Source: a virus. From it: a stretch of 64,000 bases of DNA. Positions 53,856 through 63,955 of this stretch are shown piece by piece. The number at the start of each line of letters is the position of its first letter. Position 1 is the first letter of the stretch. The stretch lies in IMG/VR virus record IMGVR_UViG_3300021400_000072, one strand, 5' to 3'. The translations under genes and the position numbers were made by a program. The notes beneath the pieces are model-generated. The model had not been told where the DNA came from, made no database searches, and worked only from the letters and a program-made list of their open reading frames with translations.

Positions 53856-56375
53856 ATGGCACAAATTACATATGGTTCAATAACATTAGTTGACCTTACT
53901 GATGTTGGGCAATTATCTGTATATCCTACAAGTAATATGCCTTTATCAATTATATATGACCCAGATCAAAATAGTTATACTCCTAACTGGGGAACTTCTA
54001 CAACAAATTTGATTTTAACGCCTGTTATTTATTATAATAATACTGTTTTAACAGCGACTACTTCAGGAGTAACTATTACATGGCGAAGACGAGAAGGGTC
54101 TGGAAATATAACAGCTTTAACCACAGGTGAAGCAAAACAATCTAATGGTTCATTAAAAGTAAATACTAATAAATTTACTTCTACTTCAACTATGATTAGT
54201 TATATAGTTACCGTGGAATATGTAGAACCAGAAACTCAAAGAACGTTAACAGCAGAAGGACAAATTACATTTAGTCTTGTAAAATTAGCATCTTCTGCAA
54301 AAACTTGTATTATTTCTGGTGATACAGTATTTAAATATAATACAAGCGGTACTTTAATTAGTGATTCAGTTATTACTTTGACTGCAAAAACAAACAATGT
54401 TTCTATTCAAGAATGGCAATATAAAGATGTTAATGGAGACTGGACAAAGGTTACTGGCTCGGGTACAGGAGAAACATTGATAATTAATGCATCTGATAAT
54501 TATCTATTTGTAAATGATGTTGCAACTATTCAAGTAATTACAGATGATACAAATGTTTATGATATTCATTGTATTACAAAACTTAGAGATGGCGCTCCTG
54601 GCGATAAAGCAGTAACCGCGGTTTTAACAAATGAAAACCAAATGATTCCTTGTAATTCTTCTGGTACACCTGTTTCGGGCGCTTTTAATGGAGCTACTTC
54701 TCAAATTATTATTTATAATGGTGGTGTAGATGATACTGCAAATTGGACTATTGCAAGTACAGCAACTGATGTTATTATAACTAGATCAACTACTACAAAA
54801 GCAAATGATACAGTTACGGTAACTGGATTAAGTGCATTAACTGGAAAAGTAACTTTTACATGTACACGGGCAGGTTATGATGATATTATTAAAGTATTTT
54901 CTTTAGTAAAAGTAACTGCAGGTGCTAATGGTACAACACCTACTATTTATTCTTTAGAGTGTGATTCAATAGCCATTAATAAAACTACACCAAGTGATGG
55001 AAGTGCTGTAACTTATACTCCATCTTCAATTGAAATTAGAGGATATAGTCAAACAGGAAATAATGCAAGAGCATCCTATGCAGGACGCTTTAAAATTACA
55101 TCTGGTTCTACAGCTATTTATACTTCAACTGCCAATGAATCTTCTTATACAATTACATCAAGTAATATAGCTTCTGCGGCAGCTAATGGACACATGATTG
55201 TAGAATTATATAAAGCGGGTGGTACAACAACTCTTCTTGATAAACAAACTATAGTTATTACTGCTGATGGCGCTAGGGGACAACAAGGACAGCAAGGACA
55301 AGCTGGTGCAGACGCTATTAATGTAGTTATGGGAAATTATGCAGATGTAATTCCTTGTACAACAGCAAATAAACCCCAAGCTGCTTTTACTATTGATATT
55401 CCTTTTGTTGGTTATAAAGGTACAACTCAAGTGACATGTACTGTAGCTACTCCAGCAGCGATTTGTGGCGTAAGTCCTACAGTTACACAAGCTACTGATA
55501 AAGCAGTAGGACATATAAAATATGCTTTAACTACAAGTACAGATATGAGCAGTACTTCTTCTGGTACTGTAACATTTACTTTTACTTGTGGAGGCAAACA
55601 AATTACTCAAAATTATACTTGGACACGTAGCACAGCTGCAACCAACGGAGTAAATGCTAAATTATTTGAATTATATACTGTTGGTGGTGATGTATTTACA
55701 AGTAGAGAGTCACAAGATATTACTATTATAGGTCGTTTAATGGACGGTTCACAAGATAAAACATCTTCTGCTACTAATTGGACATGGGCTAAATGGCAAG
55801 ATGGTGCTTATACTACTTTATCTACTACAACAGGTAAATATACAGTCAATGGTTCACAATTGACTGTTAATAATTCTGCTGTTGAAGGATTTGCATCATT
55901 TAGAGCTACATGTTCATATAGTAGTGTTACATATACAGCATATTATTCATTAATAGATAGACTTGATCCAATTCAAGCGGTAGCTTTTTGTTCTTTAGGT
56001 GAACAGATTGTTAATGGGCAAGGAATTGGCGCATTTTATGTTATTGTTACTGACACTGGCACTGGACAAGAGTTAGATGCTTTGAAATCTGATAGATTTT
56101 TAACTTCTGCTCCAGCTAATCCTGCTACTGGTGATTTTTATTATTACTTAAATACTACTAATAAAACTGTTACATTAAAAAAATATACTGGTAGCGCTTG
56201 GGCTGATGCGGGAAGCGGAGATTTACCTAAAGGCACTTATACTTGGACATTTAGAGATAGTTCTGGAAATGCAACAACATTTAATGGTTCTACAGAAGCT
56301 ACAGGTAAAGTAATTTATGTAGATGGTACATTAGTATCAAAGAAAATAATTGCCGATGTAAAGGTCGAAATTTGA
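53856..56375 (+). CDS. Tail fibre protein with Ig-like repeats and a short collagen-like stretch, about 840 aa; no TAG
   Basis: GAAAGGA RBS. GARGQQGQQGQAGAD Gly-X-Y run. Repetitive T/S/G-rich beta modules. Confidence 0.75.
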   Translation: MAQITYGSITLVDLTDVGQLSVYPTSNMPLSIIYDPDQNSYTPNWGTSTTNLILTPVIYYNNTVLTATTSGVTITWRRREGSGNITALTTGEAKQSNGSLKVNTNKFTSTSTMISYIVTVEYVEPETQRTLTAEGQITFSLVKLASSAKTCIISGDTVFKYNTSGTLISDSVITLTAKTNNVSIQEWQYKDVNGDWTKVTGSGTGETLIINASDNYLFVNDVATIQVITDDTNVYDIHCITKLRDGAPGDKAVTAVLTNENQMIPCNSSGTPVSGAFNGATSQIIIYNGGVDDTANWTIASTATDVIITRSTTTKANDTVTVTGLSALTGKVTFTCTRAGYDDIIKVFSLVKVTAGANGTTPTIYSLECDSIAINKTTPSDGSAVTYTPSSIEIRGYSQTGNNARASYAGRFKITSGSTAIYTSTANESSYTITSSNIASAAANGHMIVELYKAGGTTTLLDKQTIVITADGARGQQGQQGQAGADAINVVMGNYADVIPCTTANKPQAAFTIDIPFVGYKGTTQVTCTVATPAAICGVSPTVTQATDKAVGHIKYALTTSTDMSSTSSGTVTFTFTCGGKQITQNYTWTRSTAATNGVNAKLFELYTVGGDVFTSRESQDITIIGRLMDGSQDKTSSATNWTWAKWQDGAYTTLSTTTGKYTVNGSQLTVNNSAVEGFASFRATCSYSSVTYTAYYSLIDRLDPIQAVAFCSLGEQIVNGQGIGAFYVIVTDTGTGQELDALKSDRFLTSAPANPATGDFYYYLNTTNKTVTLKKYTGSAWADAGSGDLPKGTYTWTFRDSSGNATTFNGSTEATGKVIYVDGTLVSKKIIADVKVEI

Positions 56376-56420
56376 TAGTTGTATTAGTATTAAAAAATGC
56401 TGATACAACTATCAGCATTT
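56375..56420 (+). promoter_or_regulatory. Two mutually exclusive hairpins between the two fibre genes (attenuator-like)
   Basis: gatagttgtat ...18 nt... atacaactatc, versus local gctgata caac tatcagc followed by ATTTTAT. Confidence 0.35.
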
Positions 56421-56442
56421 TATGGAAGAAAGGGATAATTAT

Positions 56443-59400
56443 ATGATAACTTATGGTTCAACAACTCTTACTTCTTATAATACTATAACAAAAATAGAAG
56501 TATATTATTATAAATCAACAAGTGCCACGAGTCTAAGCGGAGGTTCGTGGTCTACTACAAAACCTACTTGGGAAAATGGTAAATATATTTGGCAAAAAAT
56601 AAAAACAACTTATGAAGGTAAACTTGAAAACGGACAATATTATTCTGAATCTGATCCTGTTAATATTACAGGACAACAAGGCGCAACAGGTACTGCCGCG
56701 TATTCGTATAAATTAAACTCTTCTGATACTGCTATAACAGTATCTAAGACAGGAGAATACTCCGTTAATAAAATTACATTTACCGCAACATATAAGCAAG
56801 GTACTGGAGCAGTCACCGCTTATGCAGGTAGATTTAAAATAGAAACAACAGCTAATGGAACTACTTGGACAACACAGTATACATCAAGCGGAAACGAATC
56901 TTCTAAAGAATATACAATTCCTGAAGATATTATATCTATTAGATGCTCATTATATCAATCAGGTGGTACGAGCACTTTACTCGATATTGTTACAATTCCT
57001 GTTGTTAAGGATGGTATTGACGCTGTTGGTTTAAGAGATAGTATTCCATATTATTTAGCATCGGACAAACAAACTGGGGTTACAAGATTGGATCAGGGTT
57101 GGACACGATTTAAGCCTGAACTAACTACAGAAAAAAGATATTTATGGGTTTATTATGTTTCAAGATATAGTGAAGGAGATACGCAGCCTGAATTAATTGA
57201 AATTAAAAATGATATTGTGAGTTTTGAAAATCATGGTGATGAATCTCCTGTTGAGAATTGTGTAATTGATATTGAACCTGTGCAGGATTTACATGGATAT
57301 GACAGCCCTTGGCCTGCAGGGGGTGGAGTGAATCTTGCCGAGAATGTGTCGCTTTCACTTAGCGACCTGCGTGGCATAACTGTAAACACCGCAGATGATG
57401 GAACTATTACCATTAATGGCACATCCGAAGGCACCAGCTTCATTCGAGGATATTTTCATTGCCCGGACCAGACAGCAACATACACGTGGGCGGTTTTCAA
57501 TGCGGCTGCTTCGACCGATTTGGAGTTCTCTGTAAGGAATTCTCGCTATAATCCTGCTGGGGGCTGGGCTCCGTTAAGAAGCGCTAATATGACGCTTACG
57601 TTTACAATTAACTCGGGAGAAACGGCGGTCTATTGGCAGTTTCAAGTAAAGAATGGTGCTACCATTAACAATGCGACATTGAAACCCATGATTGTTTCTG
57701 GTTCCACCGCTCCCACCTCCTACTCTCCCTACTCTAACATCTGCCCCATCACCGGATGGACAGGGTGTGAGGTGCAGAGGACGGGAAAGAACCTTGCCAA
57801 CGCAAAATTCAGAATAAAAGTGCCATCTATAACCAACGGACAGATGGTAAATGTAAGTGGATGGAGTACAGAGTATATCAAGGTTGATAATTCTAAAACA
57901 TATTGTGTTTCAGTCGGTAATAGCTCAACATCATATCTATTTTATTATGACTCCAACTTAGCTTTTATCGGTAGCAGACAGTTCAGTGTGAGTACAAGAA
58001 TTGGTGCAGAGTCATATTTCAGTAGAACGTCATATATTAAATTGAGAAATGATGCCGCAGAAAACAATGATCCGCATATTCAACTCGAACTCGGTTCCAC
58101 CGCAACTGACTACGAACCCTACACCGGACAAACCTACCCCATCACCTTCCCTTCCGAAGCAGGAACAGTCTACGGCGGCGTGCTGGACGTTACCAATGGC
58201 GTGCTGACGGTGGATAGGACGATGGTGGATTTGGGGACGTTGGATTGGAGAAAAGCTGTTACTGCTTGGACTACGTTTTATTCCGCAAACATTAAGAACC
58301 TTATCAGAAAATATGCCGATAAAATATACACAGGCGGTATTTGCTCTGTATATGCAACCGATGAGTCTAAAATTACTTCAAACGGTGATAACTATATCTA
58401 TGGGAGCACAACCGGGGAGTTGCGTGTGAAAGACACTTCAAAAGCTGATTTAAGCACATCCGAATTTAAAACCGCAATGGACGGCGTGCAATTCTGCTAC
58501 GAACTTGCAGAACCCATCCACTACCCTCTCACACCAATCGAGATCACATCCCTGCTCGGAGAGAACAATCTGTGGGCGGATACGGGTCAAACATCTGTCA
58601 CATACTATGATAACGAAAAATCAACTGATCCATATGTGGATTATTCTGCAACATCAGCGTTTGAATATTCTGTAAAAGCATATGAAGCAACGCAACCTTT
58701 ATATACAAACACTTATTCAGAATTGATTGGTTCTGCTAATGATGTGGCAGGAGCATCTTTTTATTTTGCAAAGATTCATCCTGACAGTTATATAACTAAT
58801 TATAAGGTTAAAATGAAAGTGCGTGTTATTGAGCCAGAATCATATGCAGAAACAATTGATATTCAATTTGGTGGTTATGGTAGTACTTTTAGTAGTTATG
58901 ATGCTTATACTACTCGTACAGGAAGTATAGGTATTTATTATATAAATCTTTATAGAGCGACTAAAGCGGGGATTGAAACTAATCATAAAGGTCATGCCTT
59001 AGGAATCGGATTAAGGTATGCAACAAATCCTATTAACATAGATTATAAAAGAACAGTTATTGTAGATATATTAGAATTAGATGGGTGTACCATTGAAATG
59101 TTTGATACTGCTGTTAAATATGCAGATATAGATGGTACTGGAAGTACTAATTATTCTGGCATTACAGAAATGGCAGTCGCAACAGTAGGTCAAAATGCTA
59201 CCAATAATACTAATACTAATTATACACAATATGCCAATGCTGTTAAAGCGGGTGTTTTTGGTGTTAAAAGGTATACATTATTAATGAAAGATAGTGAAAA
59301 TACTTGGTCATCTTTTATTAATCAAGCAAATTCTACTGCTACTACTAAAACAGTTTGTCAAGGTGGATTTTTATTAGGTAAATTATTATATTCAGCAGGT

Positions 59401-62400
59401 GGTGCAGAATATGCTTCTGGAGCAAATACGTCTACTGTTTATGATGCTTATCCTTTTGATTTTAGATATTCAACTAATTGTGGACAAACCCTTATTTCAC
59501 ATCAACCCGTTTACTTAGTAGGAACTATTGAGAATGATGGATTATTTCATTTAGATGTTAGTCAATGGTATACACAAACAGAACCGACTTACGCAGATGG
59601 AAAAGTGTATATATACGTAGGTATGGCATATAGTACTTATCAAGTATGGTTAAGTACAGAGAATCCTGCTTATATGTTTTATAATGGTGAATTTATTTTA
59701 TATGATAAAGCGCAAACATTACAAAATATAAATAGTTTAAAAAATTCTTTAGAAACACAAATCGACAATAAAGTTGAAACATGGTGTCAAAAAACCAATC
59801 CTGCAAGTAATTGGACTGCGGAAGAGAGACCGAATCATACTGGTGATCTTTGGTATTATATTGGTGAATCTGGTACCACTTATAAAAATAATACAACTTA
59901 TCAATATAATGGTGAAACTAATGTATGGTCTGCATATTCAGCTAATCCTGATTTGTTCGATAAAATTGATGGTAAGAGTGCTATTTATTATGGAACAACG
60001 AGTAGCGTGACTTCTGCTGAAGAAGGAGATTATTTAGTAGATTCAGAAAATGATTGTACTTATAGGTGGAATAATGGTGCTTGGATATTAGCTACTGATT
60101 ATAAGCAAGTCGCTATTGATGCTATTGAAATTGGTGGAAGGAATCTTTTATTAAATACTGGTGGTAATGATGCGATAAAAGTAACAACAATATCTTCTCC
60201 AAAGTCTCAAATATATAATATAAATTATAGTATGGAAAATGGAGAAATTCATTTTACTTCAGTAGCAACAACAGCAGAACGATATTATCGTTTTGTTACT
60301 CCAGCAAAAGAAAATCTTTGGGGAATAGAACCCGGTGAAACATACACTATTAGTTTTTATACAAAAGGAACTATTGATGCAAATGATAATGTTGGTTATA
60401 GAAGCCAATATACAATTGGTACTGGGAACTGGCTTACTATTTCAGACAATCGTTTTAAAGAAAAAGTAGGATCTGATTATCAAAAAGTATTTTTTACTGA
60501 AACAATTCCTTCAAACGCATCTTCATACTTTTTCTCAATTCAAATTTATGGAAGTAATGCAAGTGATTTTTATATAAAAAATTTAAAATTTGAAAAAGGA
60601 AACAAATCTACCGATTGGACACCAGCACCAGAAGATGTAGAAGAATCAATTAAAGCATACGCAGAATCTATTCAATCTCAAGTAGACGGTATGGCAGAAA
60701 TACATTATGGTATAGCTGTACCTACATTAAGTAATGCACCAGCTTCCGCATGGACAGATACTGCCACAAGAGATATGCATGTAGATGATTTATATTATAA
60801 TACATCAACTGGCTATTGCTATAGATTTATTAAGTCAGGCTCTACATATTCTTGGAGTAGAATTAAAGATAGTGATATTACAGCAGCAGCTACTGCTGCT
60901 GGTAATGCTCAAACGACAGCGAATAATGCCAATACATTAGCAGGACAAAAACGTAGAATATTCGTAAGTCAACCTACACCTCCTTATGAAGTTGGAGATT
61001 TATGGGTAGAAGGATCAAGCGGCGACATTAAGAAATGTAAGACCGCAAGAGCATCAGGAAGTTATACTGCGAGTGATTGGGAATTAGCTTCTAAGTATAC
61101 TGATGATACAACCGCTAATGAAGTAAATGATAAAATAGATAATCTGGAGATAGGTGGCAGGAATTTATTATTAAATACGAACAATTTTAGTTTGCATAAG
61201 TATGCTAACAGTTCTGGTGGAGGCACTTGGACTTTTAGTGGTGATGAAGCTACTTATACAGCGACTGCTAAAAGTTGGGCACGTTTAGATTTAAGTTATA
61301 ATCCTGATATGCCATCAGCAGATATTTCAAGTCAACCCAATATGGATTTATTAGGAGATACTACTATTACACTTTCAATTGAAGCAAAATGTGAAGGTGA
61401 GTGTAATGGTAGTTTATATCTTCAACAAATTATTTATGGAAATAATAATAACAGAAAATATTATCCTCTTACTAATCCAACTGCTGATTGTAGAAACACT
61501 TTTGTTTTAACAGAAAATTGGCAACGATATAGTGTAACAATTCCTGCAGATTATACAAATACAACATATTGGACTTCTGATTCAACGCAATTGTCCTATC
61601 CCAATACTGGGTTTGGAGCAACAATATATTGGAGTTCTACAGGAACGGTTCATGTCAGAAAGCCCAAACTTGAACGTGGGCAAAAGGCGACAGACTGGTC
61701 TCCCGCTCCTGAAGATGTGGAAACTGACATTAACGAGGCGGCCAAGACAGCCAATAACTACCTCTCTTCTGACAACACCGGCATCATGGTCGCTAACATG
61801 ACGGACGGGAACACTTACACCCCGAGTACTGTGCCCAGCGGAACAAAGAATACCTTTATTGACGAGGATAGTTTTCAGGTGCGAGACGGACAGGAGACTT
61901 TGGCATCGTTTGGTACCACTATAGTTATCGGTAAGAGTGGTACGAATAACTTGCGGGCAAAAATAGGATCTGGAAATTTTCAGATTATTGATAATAGTGA
62001 CAATGTACTTGTTAATATCGGCCGTGTGCCTGCTACAGCAGGAGAGGCGAAAAAGGTTCATTACGAATTCGGTCCACAGCAAAGCGGTACTCCATCTGGC
62101 AATTATTCATTCGCGCAGGGAACATATAATGCTGCTGTTTTTGATAATCAGGTTGTTATAGGCCAATATGGCAGATACGGGTATAGGTTTAATTATTCAG
62201 CTTCTGTAAGTTCTAATTCACCGACTTTTACAATCAACGTCAGCACTTATGTGGCAATGGGATTTACGGAAAACGATATAAATATAGAAATCCCCGGTTG
62301 TGATTATACATGGGTGCTTAATGATGGAACCATTACAGTTACAATAATAGGAGAAGGTATATACTGGAGCTTAAAACCTCTGGTCTATGTCAGAATTGGA

Positions 62401-62577
62401 AAAGATATTGCTTTTGCAGTCGGTAATGGAACGGAAAACTCACGATCTGATGCATTTGAAGTGACCTGGGATGGTAATGCAAGGATGGCACTTGATGAAA
62501 CAGCAACCACCGGCACAGACGCGGAGCTATACAGTGCCATTACCGCCCTCGGATGGGAAAGTGAGGTGATTGTATGA
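56443..62577 (+). CDS. Giant tail fibre / receptor-binding protein, about 2044 aa; no TAG; mosaic GC
   Basis: ORF 56422..62577 is intact. The more likely start is ATG 56443, after a GAAAGGGA RBS. Internal duplicated module boundaries (IGGRNLLLNT, TDWTPAPEDVE). GC-rich patches. Confidence 0.8.
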   Translation: MITYGSTTLTSYNTITKIEVYYYKSTSATSLSGGSWSTTKPTWENGKYIWQKIKTTYEGKLENGQYYSESDPVNITGQQGATGTAAYSYKLNSSDTAITVSKTGEYSVNKITFTATYKQGTGAVTAYAGRFKIETTANGTTWTTQYTSSGNESSKEYTIPEDIISIRCSLYQSGGTSTLLDIVTIPVVKDGIDAVGLRDSIPYYLASDKQTGVTRLDQGWTRFKPELTTEKRYLWVYYVSRYSEGDTQPELIEIKNDIVSFENHGDESPVENCVIDIEPVQDLHGYDSPWPAGGGVNLAENVSLSLSDLRGITVNTADDGTITINGTSEGTSFIRGYFHCPDQTATYTWAVFNAAASTDLEFSVRNSRYNPAGGWAPLRSANMTLTFTINSGETAVYWQFQVKNGATINNATLKPMIVSGSTAPTSYSPYSNICPITGWTGCEVQRTGKNLANAKFRIKVPSITNGQMVNVSGWSTEYIKVDNSKTYCVSVGNSSTSYLFYYDSNLAFIGSRQFSVSTRIGAESYFSRTSYIKLRNDAAENNDPHIQLELGSTATDYEPYTGQTYPITFPSEAGTVYGGVLDVTNGVLTVDRTMVDLGTLDWRKAVTAWTTFYSANIKNLIRKYADKIYTGGICSVYATDESKITSNGDNYIYGSTTGELRVKDTSKADLSTSEFKTAMDGVQFCYELAEPIHYPLTPIEITSLLGENNLWADTGQTSVTYYDNEKSTDPYVDYSATSAFEYSVKAYEATQPLYTNTYSELIGSANDVAGASFYFAKIHPDSYITNYKVKMKVRVIEPESYAETIDIQFGGYGSTFSSYDAYTTRTGSIGIYYINLYRATKAGIETNHKGHALGIGLRYATNPINIDYKRTVIVDILELDGCTIEMFDTAVKYADIDGTGSTNYSGITEMAVATVGQNATNNTNTNYTQYANAVKAGVFGVKRYTLLMKDSENTWSSFINQANSTATTKTVCQGGFLLGKLLYSAGGAEYASGANTSTVYDAYPFDFRYSTNCGQTLISHQPVYLVGTIENDGLFHLDVSQWYTQTEPTYADGKVYIYVGMAYSTYQVWLSTENPAYMFYNGEFILYDKAQTLQNINSLKNSLETQIDNKVETWCQKTNPASNWTAEERPNHTGDLWYYIGESGTTYKNNTTYQYNGETNVWSAYSANPDLFDKIDGKSAIYYGTTSSVTSAEEGDYLVDSENDCTYRWNNGAWILATDYKQVAIDAIEIGGRNLLLNTGGNDAIKVTTISSPKSQIYNINYSMENGEIHFTSVATTAERYYRFVTPAKENLWGIEPGETYTISFYTKGTIDANDNVGYRSQYTIGTGNWLTISDNRFKEKVGSDYQKVFFTETIPSNASSYFFSIQIYGSNASDFYIKNLKFEKGNKSTDWTPAPEDVEESIKAYAESIQSQVDGMAEIHYGIAVPTLSNAPASAWTDTATRDMHVDDLYYNTSTGYCYRFIKSGSTYSWSRIKDSDITAAATAAGNAQTTANNANTLAGQKRRIFVSQPTPPYEVGDLWVEGSSGDIKKCKTARASGSYTASDWELASKYTDDTTANEVNDKIDNLEIGGRNLLLNTNNFSLHKYANSSGGGTWTFSGDEATYTATAKSWARLDLSYNPDMPSADISSQPNMDLLGDTTITLSIEAKCEGECNGSLYLQQIIYGNNNNRKYYPLTNPTADCRNTFVLTENWQRYSVTIPADYTNTTYWTSDSTQLSYPNTGFGATIYWSSTGTVHVRKPKLERGQKATDWSPAPEDVETDINEAAKTANNYLSSDNTGIMVANMTDGNTYTPSTVPSGTKNTFIDEDSFQVRDGQETLASFGTTIVIGKSGTNNLRAKIGSGNFQIIDNSDNVLVNIGRVPATAGEAKKVHYEFGPQQSGTPSGNYSFAQGTYNAAVFDNQVVIGQYGRYGYRFNYSASVSSNSPTFTINVSTYVAMGFTENDINIEIPGCDYTWVLNDGTITVTIIGEGIYWSLKPLVYVRIGKDIAFAVGNGTENSRSDAFEVTWDGNARMALDETATTGTDAELYSAITALGWESEVIV

Positions 62578-63164
62578 TCAATATGAAAAAATTGCTTACG
62601 AAGATTTTGCAGGCACTTGGTAATACGGTAAGTAAAACCGGCGATACCATGACAGGAGATTTGCAGATCACGAGAGACGGCATAACGAGCTGTGTAAGAG
62701 TGACAAGTCTTAACGGTAACACAACCGTTGCAGATGGATAGCTTAGTGCAAATACGAGTGGAAATTTTGGTCTTTATGACCAAATTCATGACAAATGGTT
62801 AATCAGAAGTAATAAAAGTGCTAAAGAAATACTTTTTGGTATGCCATTACATATATCTACTATTTATAATACTAAACTTACTGCTCCATCTGCACAAAAT
62901 ACATGGGCAGAAGCCTCTGTTCCAAATATTGCAAACTATAATATTATTCTTATGCGTTGTGAATGTTTTAATTGTCGTCAGTTACTTGTTTTTTGCCGAA
63001 ATTTTGGAACAGGAGCACTGTATTTAACCGATAATGCAAGTACCTATGTAAGAGGTGGATACAGAATTGACTGGACAAATAATAAAGTAGGAGTGCAATG
63101 GTTAAATGGAACTACTACAACTGCTAGCACAGTATATATCCAACAAGTATATGGAATAGTATAA
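62574..63164 (+). CDS. Tail fibre tip protein, about 196 aa; 1 in-frame TAG
   Basis: ATGA overlap with the previous stop. KTGDTMTGDLQI fibre motif. ORF 62841.. is the in-frame C-terminal piece. Confidence 0.6.
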
Positions 63165-63182
63165 AAGAAATGAGGTGATATA

Positions 63183-63935
63183 ATGTTAACTCCAAAACAA
63201 TTATTAGTAATCATGTATCAATTCAGAGGCGCTAATGCAAAAAAAAATGTAAAAAAGACATATAATGATTATGCAGAAAAACATAAAAAATCTAAGGTAT
63301 CAAGTAATTCTGCGTGGTGTTCTGAAACAATTGCGGCCTCTTTTATTAAAGCAGGTGCTCTTGGACTTATTGGCGGTCTTGCCAGACAATCAGATACTTT
63401 TGTAAAACATTTTAAAGCAATAGGCATTTGGAAAGCAGGACATGACAGGATTCCTAAAGTAGGTGACATTCTTATTCGTGGTAAAAACAATGACCCTTAT
63501 CACAGTGAAGTTGTGTTTTCGGTTGATGAAAAGAAAGGTACGCTTAAAGCAGTTTCTGGCAATTATCTTGGAAATGTCGGTATTAGAACTAGAAACATTC
63601 ATGACAAACTTACTTATGGATATGGAAGTCCCAAATATGACGCTTATAAAACTGTGACTCCTTCTATCGTACAAAAAGTAATGATGGGGTTATATGGCAA
63701 GGGTGCTACTATCGGTACTGCCAGATATAACAAACTTGCACTTGAAGGTTATGATCCTGATGCTGTACAAGCTAAAATTAATTGGGTTGTTAATACAGCA
63801 CAAGCTATTAAAGACGGTAAAGAATGGGCTAAGGAGCATTATGGGAATGATGAAAAACGTAAAAAGGCACTTGGTTCTTGGTACCCTATAGTACAAAAAC
63901 AAATCAATGTATTATACGGAATTGATAAATGGTAA
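63183..63935 (+). CDS. CHAP-domain peptidoglycan hydrolase (tail-associated lysin), 250 aa
   Basis: AWCSETIAASF (Cys), GDILIRG...YHSEVVF (His). Located in the tail module. Confidence 0.7.
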   Translation: MLTPKQLLVIMYQFRGANAKKNVKKTYNDYAEKHKKSKVSSNSAWCSETIAASFIKAGALGLIGGLARQSDTFVKHFKAIGIWKAGHDRIPKVGDILIRGKNNDPYHSEVVFSVDEKKGTLKAVSGNYLGNVGIRTRNIHDKLTYGYGSPKYDAYKTVTPSIVQKVMMGLYGKGATIGTARYNKLALEGYDPDAVQAKINWVVNTAQAIKDGKEWAKEHYGNDEKRKKALGSWYPIVQKQINVLYGIDKW

Positions 63936-63955
63936 TTAAATGAGGTGAATAAACA

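Noticed and set aside
61582-62082. Minus-strand 166-aa ORF, with a 134-aa one at 62385-62789.
   Set aside because: Both lie inside GC-rich patches of the fibre genes. High GC lowers stop frequency on the antisense strand. Neither has an RBS or a family signal.
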